NCBI GenBank assembly: GCA_043800555.1
Contig: JAZDMX010000023.1
Span: 9,101 to 73,100, forward strand
DNA length: 64,000 bases
Source: Candidatus Omnitrophota bacterium
Lineage (GTDB): Bacteria; Omnitrophota; Gorgyraeia; Gygaellales; Profunditerraquicolaceae
Direction of reading: 5' to 3'
This document shows, piece after piece, positions 35,218-44,162 of the stretch. The notes beneath the pieces were generated by a model. That model saw only the letters and a list, made by a program, of their open reading frames with translations. It searched no databases and was not told the origin of the DNA. The position numbers and the translations under genes are program-made. The stretch's first letter is position 1. Each line of letters begins with the position of its first letter.

Positions 35218-35829
35218 TTAATATTTCCTGATTACCGTCATCAGCTTCCCGATTACCTTGAATTCTTCAAAAATTGGCGGATAATCCGGGTTAGCCGCTT
35301 CCAAATGGTATTTATTGTTCTTACGCGCCAGCCTTTTTAAAGTAACTTCGTTATCATCCAAAAGCGCGGCCACAATCTCGTTATTTTCGGCATAGGGTTG
35401 TTTCTTAATAACCGCTACATCCCCATCAAGAATGCCGGCATCAACCATGCTATTGCCTTTGACCTTTAAGGCAAAAACGTCGTCAAAGCCTAAACGGCCC
35501 AGGAATAAATTATCCACATCCACATAACCTTGGATTTCTTCATAAGCCAGATTGGGCTTTCCGGCTAAAATTGACCCAAGAATAGGTATTTTATTGAAAC
35601 TGGCGCGTTCGGTTAATTCAATTGCCCGGGATTTGTTATTCATACGCCTGACCAATCCTTTCTGCTGTAAAGCCTTTAAATAGTCTCTTACTGTGCCGGT
35701 GGACTTGACCCCCAACTCCCCTGCTATCTCCCTGATCGTAGGAGGCAGCCCCTCCCCTATCCGTTTACGGATAAAATTGAGCGCCTTTTCCTGTTTGTGC
35801 GTTAAATACGGCTTCTTTTCCATAGCCAT
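35218..35829 (-). CDS. lexA: LexA repressor
   Basis: N-terminal wHTH (LTHKQEKALNFIRKRIGEGLPPTIREIAGELG) and a C-terminal S24 peptidase with the Ala-Gly cleavage site, Ser (GNSM) and Lys. Start taken at MAMEKK (35829). Confidence 0.85.
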   Translation of the reverse strand: MAMEKKPYLTHKQEKALNFIRKRIGEGLPPTIREIAGELGVKSTGTVRDYLKALQQKGLVRRMNNKSRAIELTERASFNKIPILGSILAGKPNLAYEEIQGYVDVDNLFLGRLGFDDVFALKVKGNSMVDAGILDGDVAVIKKQPYAENNEIVAALLDDNEVTLKRLARKNNKYHLEAANPDYPPIFEEFKVIGKLMTVIRKY

Positions 35830-35860
35830 AGATATACCACACAAATGTGTGGTTTGTCAA
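35830..35860 (-). promoter_or_regulatory. lexA promoter with 16-bp perfect palindromic operator CCACACAAATGTGTGG (candidate SOS box)
   Basis: On the minus strand: TTGACA - AACCACACATTTGTGTGG - TATATC, then ATG. The palindrome fills the -35/-10 spacer. Confidence 0.55.
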
Positions 35861-35871
35861 GAAAGAAAATG

Positions 35872-35980
35872 GAGGGGCGGGGAAATGGGGACGTTTCTAC
35901 TTTTCCGGCGTTAAGGGGAAATGGGGACGTTTCTACTTTTCCGGCGTTAGTCTCGAGAAAAGTAGAAACGTCCCCATTTC
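35872..35980. repeat. Palindromic hairpin repeat, copy 4, left arm tandemly duplicated
   Basis: GGGGAAATGGGGACGTTTCTACTTTTCCGGCGTTA(A)G x2, then TCTCGAGAAAAGTAGAAACGTCCCCATTTC. It ends 4 nt before the hflX stop. Track ORF 35845..36105 is just its translation. Confidence 0.85.
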
Positions 35981-35984
35981 ATAA

Positions 35985-37247
35985 TCAAATTTGCGTTATT
36001 TCGCGGTTATTTAACAACCTCAAGGAAAGGATTTTCGGCAGGTTAACTTTGACCCTTATGCCTCTTTGCAAGTATTCGATTTGTTCGACTTTGCCCTGCC
36101 GGTAAAATAAATCCACAATGTCCATCCGGCCAAAAGGGACCAAAACCTCGGCACGGACCATCCGGGAATTAAAACATTCTTCTATCTTCTCAAATAAACC
36201 GCTGATATTTGTTTTGAGCTTAGCCGAAATTGCCACAGGGTTAGAAAAATCCCTTTTTAATTTCTCAAGCCACATTTTATCATCTAACAGGTCCACCTTG
36301 TTTAAAACAGTTATCGCCGGCTTATCCCTTATCCCCAGTTCTTCTAAAAGCTCAAACACGGCTTTGCCGTGTTCATATACCTGGGGGTGGCTTGCGTCTA
36401 AAACATGGATTAAAAGATCAGCCTGCACTACTTCTTCAAGGGTCGCCTTGAAGGCTTCGATAAGATGATGCGGAAGCTGGCGCAGGAAACCTACCGTGTC
36501 GGAAATAACCACATTCTCGCCATTAGGCAATTGCAGGTTTTTGGATAAAGGATCAAGGGTAGTGAATAAGGCCCCTGATACGGTTTGGCCGGCATTAGTC
36601 AAAGAATTCAAAAGCGTGGATTTACCGGCGCTGGTATAACCGACTAAAGCAACCAGGGGAATGGCATTATCTTTACGCCTCTTACGCATGACTACGCGCC
36701 GCAGCATTAAGCCTTTTAAATCCTCCTTCAGGCGGTCGATCCTTTTACGTATGGCCCTTCTATCCACCTCCAGCTTTTGTTCTCCCGGGCCGCGCGTTCC
36801 AATCCCGCCGCCTAAGCGCGAAAGGATAATCCCCTTGCCGATTAACCGGGGCAGGATATACTGCAGCTGGGCAAGCTCAACCTGTATTTTGCCTTCCGGG
36901 CTCTTTGCCCGGCGGGCGAATATATCCAGGATAAGCTGGGAGCGGTCAATAGTCTTTCTCCCTATTATCTCTTCCAGGTTCCGCTGCTGGGTCCCGGAAA
37001 GGTCGCGGCCAAAGATTACCGTATCGATATTTTCTTCTTCGGCAACCAAGCTTATCTCTTCAGCCTTGCCCTTGCCGATAAGAAGATTGGGCGTAGGCTG
37101 CTGGCAAACACAACTAATGCTATCTACGGCCTCTACCCCGCAAGCTGCAACCAGCTCTTCCAGTTCCTGCGCAAAATCATCAACCCTTAATTTCTCTATC
37201 CCGCGCTTAAACTGAATGGTAACCAACAAAGCTCTTTCCATATTCAC
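35985..37247 (-). CDS. hflX: GTPase HflX
   Basis: HflX N-domain, then G motifs (GYTSAGKSTLLN, DTVGF, NKVD). GTG at 37247 or ATG at 37241, preceded by AAGGTG. Confidence 0.85.
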   Translation of the reverse strand: MNMERALLVTIQFKRGIEKLRVDDFAQELEELVAACGVEAVDSISCVCQQPTPNLLIGKGKAEEISLVAEEENIDTVIFGRDLSGTQQRNLEEIIGRKTIDRSQLILDIFARRAKSPEGKIQVELAQLQYILPRLIGKGIILSRLGGGIGTRGPGEQKLEVDRRAIRKRIDRLKEDLKGLMLRRVVMRKRRKDNAIPLVALVGYTSAGKSTLLNSLTNAGQTVSGALFTTLDPLSKNLQLPNGENVVISDTVGFLRQLPHHLIEAFKATLEEVVQADLLIHVLDASHPQVYEHGKAVFELLEELGIRDKPAITVLNKVDLLDDKMWLEKLKRDFSNPVAISAKLKTNISGLFEKIEECFNSRMVRAEVLVPFGRMDIVDLFYRQGKVEQIEYLQRGIRVKVNLPKILSLRLLNNREITQI

Positions 37248-37251
37248 CTTT

Positions 37252-37332
37252 CAGGAAATGGGGACGTTTCTACTTTTCTAGAGTTATCTTAAAGAAAAGT
37301 AGAAACGTCCCCGTTTCCTGCGTCCCCTTTTC
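37252..37332. repeat. Palindromic hairpin repeat, copy 5, abutting the hflX RBS
   Basis: GGAAATGGGGACGTTTCTACTTTTC ... GAAAAGTAGAAACGTCCCCGTTTCC, plus partial CGTCCCCTTTT. It begins 5–11 nt upstream of the hflX start. Confidence 0.85.
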
Positions 37333-37345
37333 TCCCCCATTTTCT

Positions 37346-38350
37346 CTAGCCTTGCAATAATTTAAGTATCCGTTGCGCGATTTTTTGGGGCTTGTCTTTG
37401 TCTTTGATATTAACCCACTTTACGCGCTTATCTTTCCTAAACCAGGAGAGTTGCCTCTTGGCGTAATGCCGGGTATTACGCTTAATCAAACGCAAGGCTT
37501 CTTCCAGGCCATGCCTACCTTCAAAATACCCAGCCGTTTCTTTTATGCCAATTGCTGCCGAGGCAGTCCGGCTTAACTGCTTAGCGAGCAATTTCTTGGC
37601 CTCTTTTAATAATCCGGCCTTAAGCATATTGTCAACCCGGGTATCAATTCTCCTGTAGAGAGCGGCTCTATCCATATTTAAACAAAATATCTTTACGGAA
37701 TAATCATTGCTTAAGCCTTTTCGCTCTTTTTGTAATGCCGATATGGGTTTCCCGCTGGCCTCAAAAACCTCTAAAGCCCGGATAACCCGCTTGAGGTCAT
37801 TAGGATGGATCCTGCCGGCTGCGCTTTTATCAACTTTTTTTAACCGGTTATATAGATAACCTTTTCCGTATTTACGCGCCTGACCGTAAAGCTTCTTGCG
37901 CAAGGCCGGGTCGCTTTTACCTTCCTTAAAAATACCGTCAATAAGCACGGAAACATACAAACCCGTGCCGCCGCAAAAAACCGGTATTTTCCCTTTTGCG
38001 GTTAACCTATCCACAATCTCCCCGGCTTCTTTCCGGTACCTGAAAACATCATATTCCTGTTGGCAGGAGACAGAGCTGATAAAATGGTGCTTTATCTTTT
38101 TTCTTAAGGCGCTGGCGGGTTTTGAAGCGATGATATCCATGCCTTTATAAACCTGCATGGAGTCGCAAGAGAGGACATGGCTCTTAAGCCTCTTGGCCAA
38201 TGCAGCCGCTACCGCGGATTTGCCTGCGGCGGTCGGGCCTACTATAAAGATTATCTTGCCTTGGGGTTTTAGATTATTGCAACCGGAAGATGTGCCGCCA
38301 AGCGGCCTGGATTGTAAAGCCCCGGGATTAAAACGCTTCTTTAAGGGCAT
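37346..38350 (-). CDS. miaA: tRNA dimethylallyltransferase
   Basis: P-loop IIFIVGPTAAGKS and the MiaA pattern. The start is uncertain; the N-terminal ~25 aa of the track ORF are probably an extension. Confidence 0.8.
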   Translation of the reverse strand: MPLKKRFNPGALQSRPLGGTSSGCNNLKPQGKIIFIVGPTAAGKSAVAAALAKRLKSHVLSCDSMQVYKGMDIIASKPASALRKKIKHHFISSVSCQQEYDVFRYRKEAGEIVDRLTAKGKIPVFCGGTGLYVSVLIDGIFKEGKSDPALRKKLYGQARKYGKGYLYNRLKKVDKSAAGRIHPNDLKRVIRALEVFEASGKPISALQKERKGLSNDYSVKIFCLNMDRAALYRRIDTRVDNMLKAGLLKEAKKLLAKQLSRTASAAIGIKETAGYFEGRHGLEEALRLIKRNTRHYAKRQLSWFRKDKRVKWVNIKDKDKPQKIAQRILKLLQG

Positions 38351-39192
38351 ATTTTGGTGGGATAGCCTTCTTCCCGAAGCCGCTTATTCAAGGCTTCGGA
38401 TTCCTGCCGGCTTTTTAATTTCCCGACTTTCACCCTATAGGCCTTGGCCCCTGAAGCGTTAACGCCTTCTTCAACGTAAGCAGGATAACCGCTATTTGAC
38501 AGTTTTCGCGTAAGATTACTGGCGTTATCGGGGTTGGAAAACGAACCTACCTGGACAGAATAATAAAAACCGGAGTTATCGCCCTCAACCGGGCAACTTT
38601 GCCGGATCTGGCCGGCTTCCGGAGCCAAAGGGTATTTTTCTCTTAGCCGGGATAAATAATCCCTCCCTGAATTTAAATCCCCTTTATTAAAGCCGACTTC
38701 GCTCAAACGGTAAAATATTTGCGTTTTTAGCTTCGTCCCGGGATTATTGTTAATTATGCCTTGATAGATTTCTCCGGCCTTTGTGAAATCATTCCGCAAG
38801 AAATACGTATCCCCCAAGCCCATCATCGCCTCTTCCTTGAACCTTGAGCCGCGGAATTCATGGATGATTATCTCAAAGATGTCCGAAGCGCGCAGGTAAT
38901 TACCGTCTTTTAAATAGCACAACCCCAGGATATAATAAAGTTCGTCGGAATGCGGGTCTTGGGCAATAAGCTTCTCTCCTTCGGTTATAGCAGCCCGGTA
39001 ATCTCCTTCTAAGAGGCTTACTTTCATATTATCCAAATTCAAGGCATAAGCGTAAGAGATAAAAACAAACGATAAACAACAGGCAGCTAAGAACCAACCG
39101 ATAACCGGTTGCCCTGGCTCCTTACATCCGGAGGCCGGGTTTTTGGCCTTTGGAATCATTTGGTAATCGGGATTTGGCGGCTGTTTATTCAT
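38341..39192 (-). CDS. TPR-repeat protein with C-terminal SPOR (septal peptidoglycan-binding) domain
   Basis: TPR-like repeats (YYILGLCYLKDGNY, GDTYFLRNDF). C-terminal SPOR pattern YYSVQVGSFSNPDNASNLTRKL...YRVKVGKLKSRQESEAL. Confidence 0.6.
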   Translation of the reverse strand: MNKQPPNPDYQMIPKAKNPASGCKEPGQPVIGWFLAACCLSFVFISYAYALNLDNMKVSLLEGDYRAAITEGEKLIAQDPHSDELYYILGLCYLKDGNYLRASDIFEIIIHEFRGSRFKEEAMMGLGDTYFLRNDFTKAGEIYQGIINNNPGTKLKTQIFYRLSEVGFNKGDLNSGRDYLSRLREKYPLAPEAGQIRQSCPVEGDNSGFYYSVQVGSFSNPDNASNLTRKLSNSGYPAYVEEGVNASGAKAYRVKVGKLKSRQESEALNKRLREEGYPTKICP

Positions 39193-40331
39193 TTCTTGGA
39201 TTTCGATATTCCTTTTTGCAAATCCAGCACTAGCTTATGCCTTCTCTCCTTCTCCTGCCTGGATACCGTATCCGCCATCTTAAAGGCTGCGGTATGAGGG
39301 CGGGGAGAATATTTGAATATAAAGGCGGCGTTAAACCGGACAGATTTTACCAGGCTAAGGGTATCTTTGAAATCAGCTTCATCCTCGGCCGGGAAACCAA
39401 CGATTATATCGGTTGTCAGCGCGCCCCCCTTTACAATTTTACGATAATTATCCGCTAAATCCAAATAGTATTTTCTGGAATACCCGCGGTTCATAAGCTT
39501 CAGGATCCGGTCCGAGCCGGATTGAGCCGGCAGATGCAGGTATTTCTTCAGTTTCCCGGCGCCTGCCATAGCCTGAAACAATTCTTTCCCGGCATCTTTC
39601 GGGTGAGAAGTGATAAACCCGAATTCCTTCAAGCCCTTAATAGCGTTAACCATTTCGATAAGCTTAACGAAATCAACTCCCTGGCTCCGGAAGGAATTCA
39701 CGTTCTGGCCCAATAAAGTAAATGCGGTAATGCCCTTATCTACGGCGCTCTCTATCTCCCTGATTATATCTTCGGGCTTGCGGTGGCGTAAATTCCCGCG
39801 GCTATAAGGAACAACACAGTAAGAGCAAAAGTTAGAGCAACCTTCGGAGATGACCACAAAAGAATGGTTTTTATCCCGGTAGAAACCGGTATGGTAAATT
39901 TCTTCCGGCCTGGCATCCCCGTCAGTCTCCCATATTTTACGCTCAAAGGCCTTTTGATCCCGGGAAAGTTTTTGGATAATATGGGGTATTTTAGCGATAT
40001 CCGCCGGGCCAACCACAAAATCAATGTTCGGCGAGCGTTCAAATGCCGTGTTCTGGTAATTCTGGGCCATGCAGCCTATAAGCCCGATAAGCGGCTTATT
40101 CTTACCGGCCTTGGCGGCAACCCTGCCGATCTCTGACCAGGCCTTATCTTCCGCGTGCTGGCGCACAGAACAGGTATTAATGATTATTATGCCAGCCTTA
40201 TCCGGATCATCGCAGATCTCATACCCTGATCCCTGTAATAACCCAGCCACTACCTCGGAATCCCGGATGTTCATCTGGCACCCGAAGGTGCGGACAAAAA
40301 CTTTCTTTTTTTGTATCTCTTTATTAATCAT
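39189..40331 (-). CDS. miaB: tRNA methylthiotransferase (MiaB/RimO-like radical SAM MTTase), short form without a clear TRAM domain
   Basis: MTTase N-domain (VFVRTFGCQMN...IIINTCSV). Radical SAM CxxxCxxC (CSNFCSYC). It lies next to miaA. Confidence 0.7.
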   Translation of the reverse strand: MINKEIQKKKVFVRTFGCQMNIRDSEVVAGLLQGSGYEICDDPDKAGIIIINTCSVRQHAEDKAWSEIGRVAAKAGKNKPLIGLIGCMAQNYQNTAFERSPNIDFVVGPADIAKIPHIIQKLSRDQKAFERKIWETDGDARPEEIYHTGFYRDKNHSFVVISEGCSNFCSYCVVPYSRGNLRHRKPEDIIREIESAVDKGITAFTLLGQNVNSFRSQGVDFVKLIEMVNAIKGLKEFGFITSHPKDAGKELFQAMAGAGKLKKYLHLPAQSGSDRILKLMNRGYSRKYYLDLADNYRKIVKGGALTTDIIVGFPAEDEADFKDTLSLVKSVRFNAAFIFKYSPRPHTAAFKMADTVSRQEKERRHKLVLDLQKGISKSKK

Positions 40332-40408
40332 GTTGTTGTAAAGATGCTAGCGTCTCGGGGCTTTGTCACGTACGTTCATTGGTTCCATTCAAAAATAAAA
40401 CAATATCT

Positions 40409-41692
40409 TTATTCTGCATTATTGCCAATTTTAATTTCTCTAAGCACTGCTTTTACTAATTCTTTTCCTTGTAATCCACCAATTTGATGTTTTTTGATAA
40501 TTTTTTCAAGATCATATTCGTCTTTATCAATTACTATAATATTTCTCGGTAGAATTACATAATCTGGATGGTTATCTATAGCATTTGAAATTATTAAACT
40601 ATCATTAGAATATCTTCCGATAAGATTATGAATTTTTGCAGCAATAACATATCCCTTATAAGGAAACAAAAAGTCAATTTCGCCAGCTAAAATATTCCCG
40701 CCACCTTTCGAGCAATCAAAGAATGCATCTGCCTTTTCCACAGTCCAAGTTCCAGAGCCCATTAGAAGCTTATTTGGCATTAATTCAGAGAAAACTTTTA
40801 ATGCTTTTATATAATCTTTTTCTATCATTAAAATTTTGAGCATGCTGTTTGATTTCTCATAATATCGTAGATCTAGATAAAGCTTATAACAAGCCGGCTG
40901 TTCTACGGCCATTTCAGCCAAAACCCTTCGTTCCTCTGGAGACAATACTCTATGAGCAAATAAATTAGCTAGGCCTTCAGCAAAGTTTATATCATTTATA
41001 TATTTTGAATCGCTTGTTATTGGCCAATTATCGGGCAAGAGATTTGATAATGAATAATGGTGCCCTAATTCGTGTATTAATGTTACACGAAATAAAGCTT
41101 TCTCTAAATCTGTAATTTTTTCATCTGCAAGCCTAGTTTTTAGCTTATTCGAAAGTTTTTCAATTAATTCAGGACGAATTACTACATAACAACCTCCTTT
41201 GACAAGTTTAATACCCATAAACTCCAAGTCTTGCGGTAGCATACTCCAATAAGCAAGAGGCGTTTCTAAAGTAACTCGCTTTTGTTTTAATAATAGCTGT
41301 CTTATGCCTTTGTCATCTAGCCCCTGAATTTTTTTAAAGTCATTAATTCCTAATTCTATATCTTCCTTTGAATTAGTCTTTTCGTCAGTGAACAAACTAT
41401 AATCTTTTTCGTCTAAGACTAAAATAGCATATAGTGGTTGCTTAACAATGCCTAGAACCTCATTAGCATCTTCAATCTTAGGACTCAAAGGTTTAATAAT
41501 TCCCTCAACTAAATCGGCGTACTCTTTAACATTTTCTGAGTAAAGAATTTGCTGGGTACATAGGCCGGGAGTTTCTTTCTTCTGCAATTTATTATCCGCC
41601 CTCATTTGATTCCTCTCCTTCCTATGATAACCACTAGCAAGACAGCCATTTAACATCAATAAACCAACTAAAAGGCAAATTAAACTTTTCAT
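40409..41692 (-). CDS. Predicted zinc-metallopeptidase-like lipoprotein (HExxH) in a low-GC island
   Basis: Lipobox LMLNGC. HELGHH, then a glutamate about 25 residues downstream (EGLANLFA), the zincin arrangement. Local GC is clearly lower than the flanks. Confidence 0.45.
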   Translation of the reverse strand: MKSLICLLVGLLMLNGCLASGYHRKERNQMRADNKLQKKETPGLCTQQILYSENVKEYADLVEGIIKPLSPKIEDANEVLGIVKQPLYAILVLDEKDYSLFTDEKTNSKEDIELGINDFKKIQGLDDKGIRQLLLKQKRVTLETPLAYWSMLPQDLEFMGIKLVKGGCYVVIRPELIEKLSNKLKTRLADEKITDLEKALFRVTLIHELGHHYSLSNLLPDNWPITSDSKYINDINFAEGLANLFAHRVLSPEERRVLAEMAVEQPACYKLYLDLRYYEKSNSMLKILMIEKDYIKALKVFSELMPNKLLMGSGTWTVEKADAFFDCSKGGGNILAGEIDFLFPYKGYVIAAKIHNLIGRYSNDSLIISNAIDNHPDYVILPRNIIVIDKDEYDLEKIIKKHQIGGLQGKELVKAVLREIKIGNNAE

Positions 41693-41769
41693 ATTCTTAA
41701 GTTTCTAATTCTTTAACTAACTCATTTATTCGTAGTTATTTAGCTTCTTCAATATCCCCAAAATCATCA

Positions 41770-41945
41770 CGCGGTACTTACACCAACGGTCAGCCGAAAG
41801 TCCGGATGAAAACTTTTTTCTTATCTTCTTTCATATTTATGCCTTATGGTATCGTGCAAAAGTGTCTAAAACTGTATAGTAGAAGCTGTTCTATACATCT
41901 TTTGTCTGCTTCAAATATTATCTCTAGGAATCTTTCAAATTGCGT
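41770..41945. repeat. Internally deleted partial copy of the element at 43120-43640 (segments R1, TGTCTAAAACTGT box, R2)
   Basis: 41800-41835 ~ 43170-43205 (35/36 nt). 41864-41900 ~ 43240-43278. 41902-41945 ~ 43577-43620. Confidence 0.7.
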
Positions 41946-42023
41946 TATTTCTTTACAAAATCTTGCCTCGAAACAAAAACCCAGGCACTTTAAAACGCCT
42001 GGGTTAATCGATCCTGATGCCTT

Positions 42024-42353
42024 TTAAATTCCAGCTTTCTTAAAAGTGCCTTTGACGAATTCGAGATACTCAAGGCCATCCTTCTCTCCTACAAAAAATC
42101 CGCCGTCATAAAGATTAACATTTCGCTCCTGCCTCATCTTATTGCCAAGCACGAGAATATCTTCATCCTTAAGTAATTGACTCAGCTTCTCCAAAATCTT
42201 CACATGATGGCCGGCTGTGCTTCTTACTTTATAGCCTTTCTTGGCAATCAGCATAATGCCCAGCTTAATAAGGGCGTCGTAGCAGAATTTGAAAACAACG
42301 CCGGGGATATCCGACTCTTTAGCGATTTTAAGATCGTGCAAAACAGAACGCAA
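42024..42353 (-). CDS. HEPN-domain protein (toxin-like partner of the adjacent nucleotidyltransferase)
   Basis: Small all-helical protein with an R-x4-HH motif (RSTAGHH), immediately downstream of an MNT gene. Confidence 0.5.
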   Translation of the reverse strand: MRSVLHDLKIAKESDIPGVVFKFCYDALIKLGIMLIAKKGYKVRSTAGHHVKILEKLSQLLKDEDILVLGNKMRQERNVNLYDGGFFVGEKDGLEYLEFVKGTFKKAGI

Positions 42354-42415
42354 AAACTGATCAATCTGCTTTTATTGAAATGTTAGCTTTTGAAAATATT
42401 GGCTCTCGAAATGAA

Positions 42416-43000
42416 TCATACAAGCCTTACAGTTTTAGTTTTGAAGACGCTGTTTATAAAATGGCTCTTATCTTTTTTCTTTGCCTCAAATTCCTTCGGG
42501 TTTAGATTCGTCACATTAAATTCCCGGCCTGCATCTTTTTGCAGCTTAGCAATAATCCTCTGCAATTCTAAAATGGAATGTGTGCCGATAGCCAGCAGGT
42601 CGATATCGCTTGACGATCCCATTTTGTTGCTTGCGTACGAACCGAACAAATAAGCTTCTTTAATCCCTTTGATACCGCTTAACGCATCTTTGAGTTTCTT
42701 TTCTATGCCATGAGTTTTTAAGAATATCTGACGGTAATGCTCCAAAACCGGGTTATCTTTTGCAAGAAAGAAATACCTTTGTTTCCCGCGAAATTCGCTC
42801 TTGAAAAGCCCCTCTTTTTCCAATTCCTTAAGCTTGGTTTCGGTATTCTTAGGATCAATTTCTAAAATCCTGGCCAGCTCATTAATATAGACTTGAGCCT
42901 CCGGATTAAGGAAATAGTAATCCAGTAATTTTATTGCCACTTTTGAACGTAAGGATATCATCTTTTCACCATGGTTATGGTAATAAATTACCATAACCAA
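42416..43000 (-). CDS. Minimal nucleotidyltransferase (MNT) with N-terminal winged-helix domain
   Basis: GSYASNKMGSSSDIDLLAI is the Pol-beta-type NTase GS...D.D motif. An N-terminal wHTH is present. Confidence 0.65.
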   Translation of the reverse strand: MVMVIYYHNHGEKMISLRSKVAIKLLDYYFLNPEAQVYINELARILEIDPKNTETKLKELEKEGLFKSEFRGKQRYFFLAKDNPVLEHYRQIFLKTHGIEKKLKDALSGIKGIKEAYLFGSYASNKMGSSSDIDLLAIGTHSILELQRIIAKLQKDAGREFNVTNLNPKEFEAKKKDKSHFINSVFKTKTVRLV

Positions 43001-43119
43001 TTATTTTGTCAAGTAAATTACGGTTCAAGGCATAATCCATCAAATCCTGCTTTGTCCTTATCAATCCCTATCGCCTTTCCTAACCTTCAACAATATCAAC
43101 GGGTTCTGTTTACCAGATG

Positions 43120-43205
43120 TTGCTCAAATACGTCAGAATAGTCGTATAATACTGCTTCCATCGGCCAGCCCAGAGTCCGAATGAAAACTTTTTTCTTATC
43201 TTCTT
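43120..43205. repeat. Repeat segment R3/R1 (TCCATCGGCCAGCC core, then ...GAATGAAAACTTTTTTCTTATCTTCTTTCATAT)
   Basis: Shares its core with 41775-41835, 44080-44140 and 47491-47548. Confidence 0.6.
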
Positions 43206-43285
43206 TCATATCAGTAGATTATAAATTCTTGCCTATGTGTCTAAAACTGTCAAAGTAGATGAATGTATACGACTATCACGCGTTT

Positions 43286-43639
43286 TTATTCAACTTTTAT
43301 CGAATTTCTCCATTCCATCAGGTTCTCGATGTCTAAAACTGTAAAAACAGGATAATTCCTGTAATCACGTCGTGGCTTACACCAGCCCTTTGCAATCCAA
43401 TAATAGATTGTCTGACGATGAACCCGTAAGATTCTCGCTGTTTGAGTTAGATTGTATCTTTTGCCCGACCGCCGTGTGAATTCTTGAAAAACTTTTGCAT
43501 CAGCTTGTTCTATCCGGTTATCAATCGCTTGTTCTTTGAGTCTTCGTTCCTCAATAAACTGGTCTAAACATTTTTTATCTGCTTCAAATATTATCTCCAG
43601 AAATCTTTCATATCGCCATTGCTCTTTGTTCCCGCTCAA
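43286..43639 (-). CDS. Excisionase/AlpA-like HTH protein (mobile-element associated)
   Basis: LTQTARILRVHRQTIYYWIAKGW resembles a MerR-superfamily excisionase HTH. Its 5' end is duplicated at 41902-41945. Confidence 0.4.
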   Translation of the reverse strand: MSGNKEQWRYERFLEIIFEADKKCLDQFIEERRLKEQAIDNRIEQADAKVFQEFTRRSGKRYNLTQTARILRVHRQTIYYWIAKGWCKPRRDYRNYPVFTVLDIENLMEWRNSIKVE

Positions 43640-43826
43640 ACCATTTTTTAAAACTGTTCATTAAGCACCCCCATTTATTTTGAACGTTTCGCTCTCTTAG
43701 GATTCTTACCTTTTGTTATTAACTTTCGCGAAGGCCCTTCCATCTTATTGATGCGCTCAGAAAGTATTTTTACCTCTTGTTTTAACGCTTTTATTTCGTT
43801 CTCAAGGTTTTGCGTCGCTGATATTA

Positions 43827-44042
43827 CTAAAATACTGGCCGATCCTGTATTAGTATAGGAAAAAACATAGAGAAAACACCCCGAAGTAGCCGCATAAATT
43901 CTTCCAATTCCTTATCATCTGCCTTATTAGCGGCATCTTGCCTCTGCCTGAACGAAGACAAAAAATCGATAAACTTCTTGCCCTGAACATCGGCAATAGC
44001 CTCCTTACAGGCACTTATCAATTTTTCGCTTAATTTTGACAT
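43827..44042 (-). CDS. Hypothetical small protein; a coiled-coil reading frame continues downstream in another frame (possible disrupted mobile-element gene)
   Basis: The minus strand at 43640-43826 translates in another frame to ...LENEIKALKQEVKILSERINKMEGPSRK. Confidence 0.25.
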   Translation of the reverse strand: MSKLSEKLISACKEAIADVQGKKFIDFLSSFRQRQDAANKADDKELEEFMRLLRGVFSMFFPILIQDRPVF

Positions 44043-44079
44043 CTTCTTTGTCTATCTACCAAATCTCGCTTAAATACTT

Positions 44080-44140
44080 TACGATAGCCGTATAATACTG
44101 CTTCCATTGGTCAACCAAAATTTTTTATGTATACTTTTTT
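44080..44140. repeat. ~60-bp direct repeat, copy A, downstream of the DUF502/Ca-ATPase pair
   Basis: CCGTATAATACTGCTTCCATTGGTCAACCAAAATTTTTTATGTATACTTTTTTGACAT is about 80% identical to 47491-47548. Confidence 0.7.
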
Positions 44141-44162
44141 GACATAATAAGGCCACAAATCT

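Noticed and set aside
35845-36105. 86-aa + strand ORF with repeated GNGDVSTFPAL
   Set aside because: It is merely the translation of the tandem hairpin-repeat copy 4 and runs antisense into hflX. Not a gene.
36661-37215. 184-aa + strand ORF
   Set aside because: Antisense shadow of hflX with Ser/Arg-rich low complexity.
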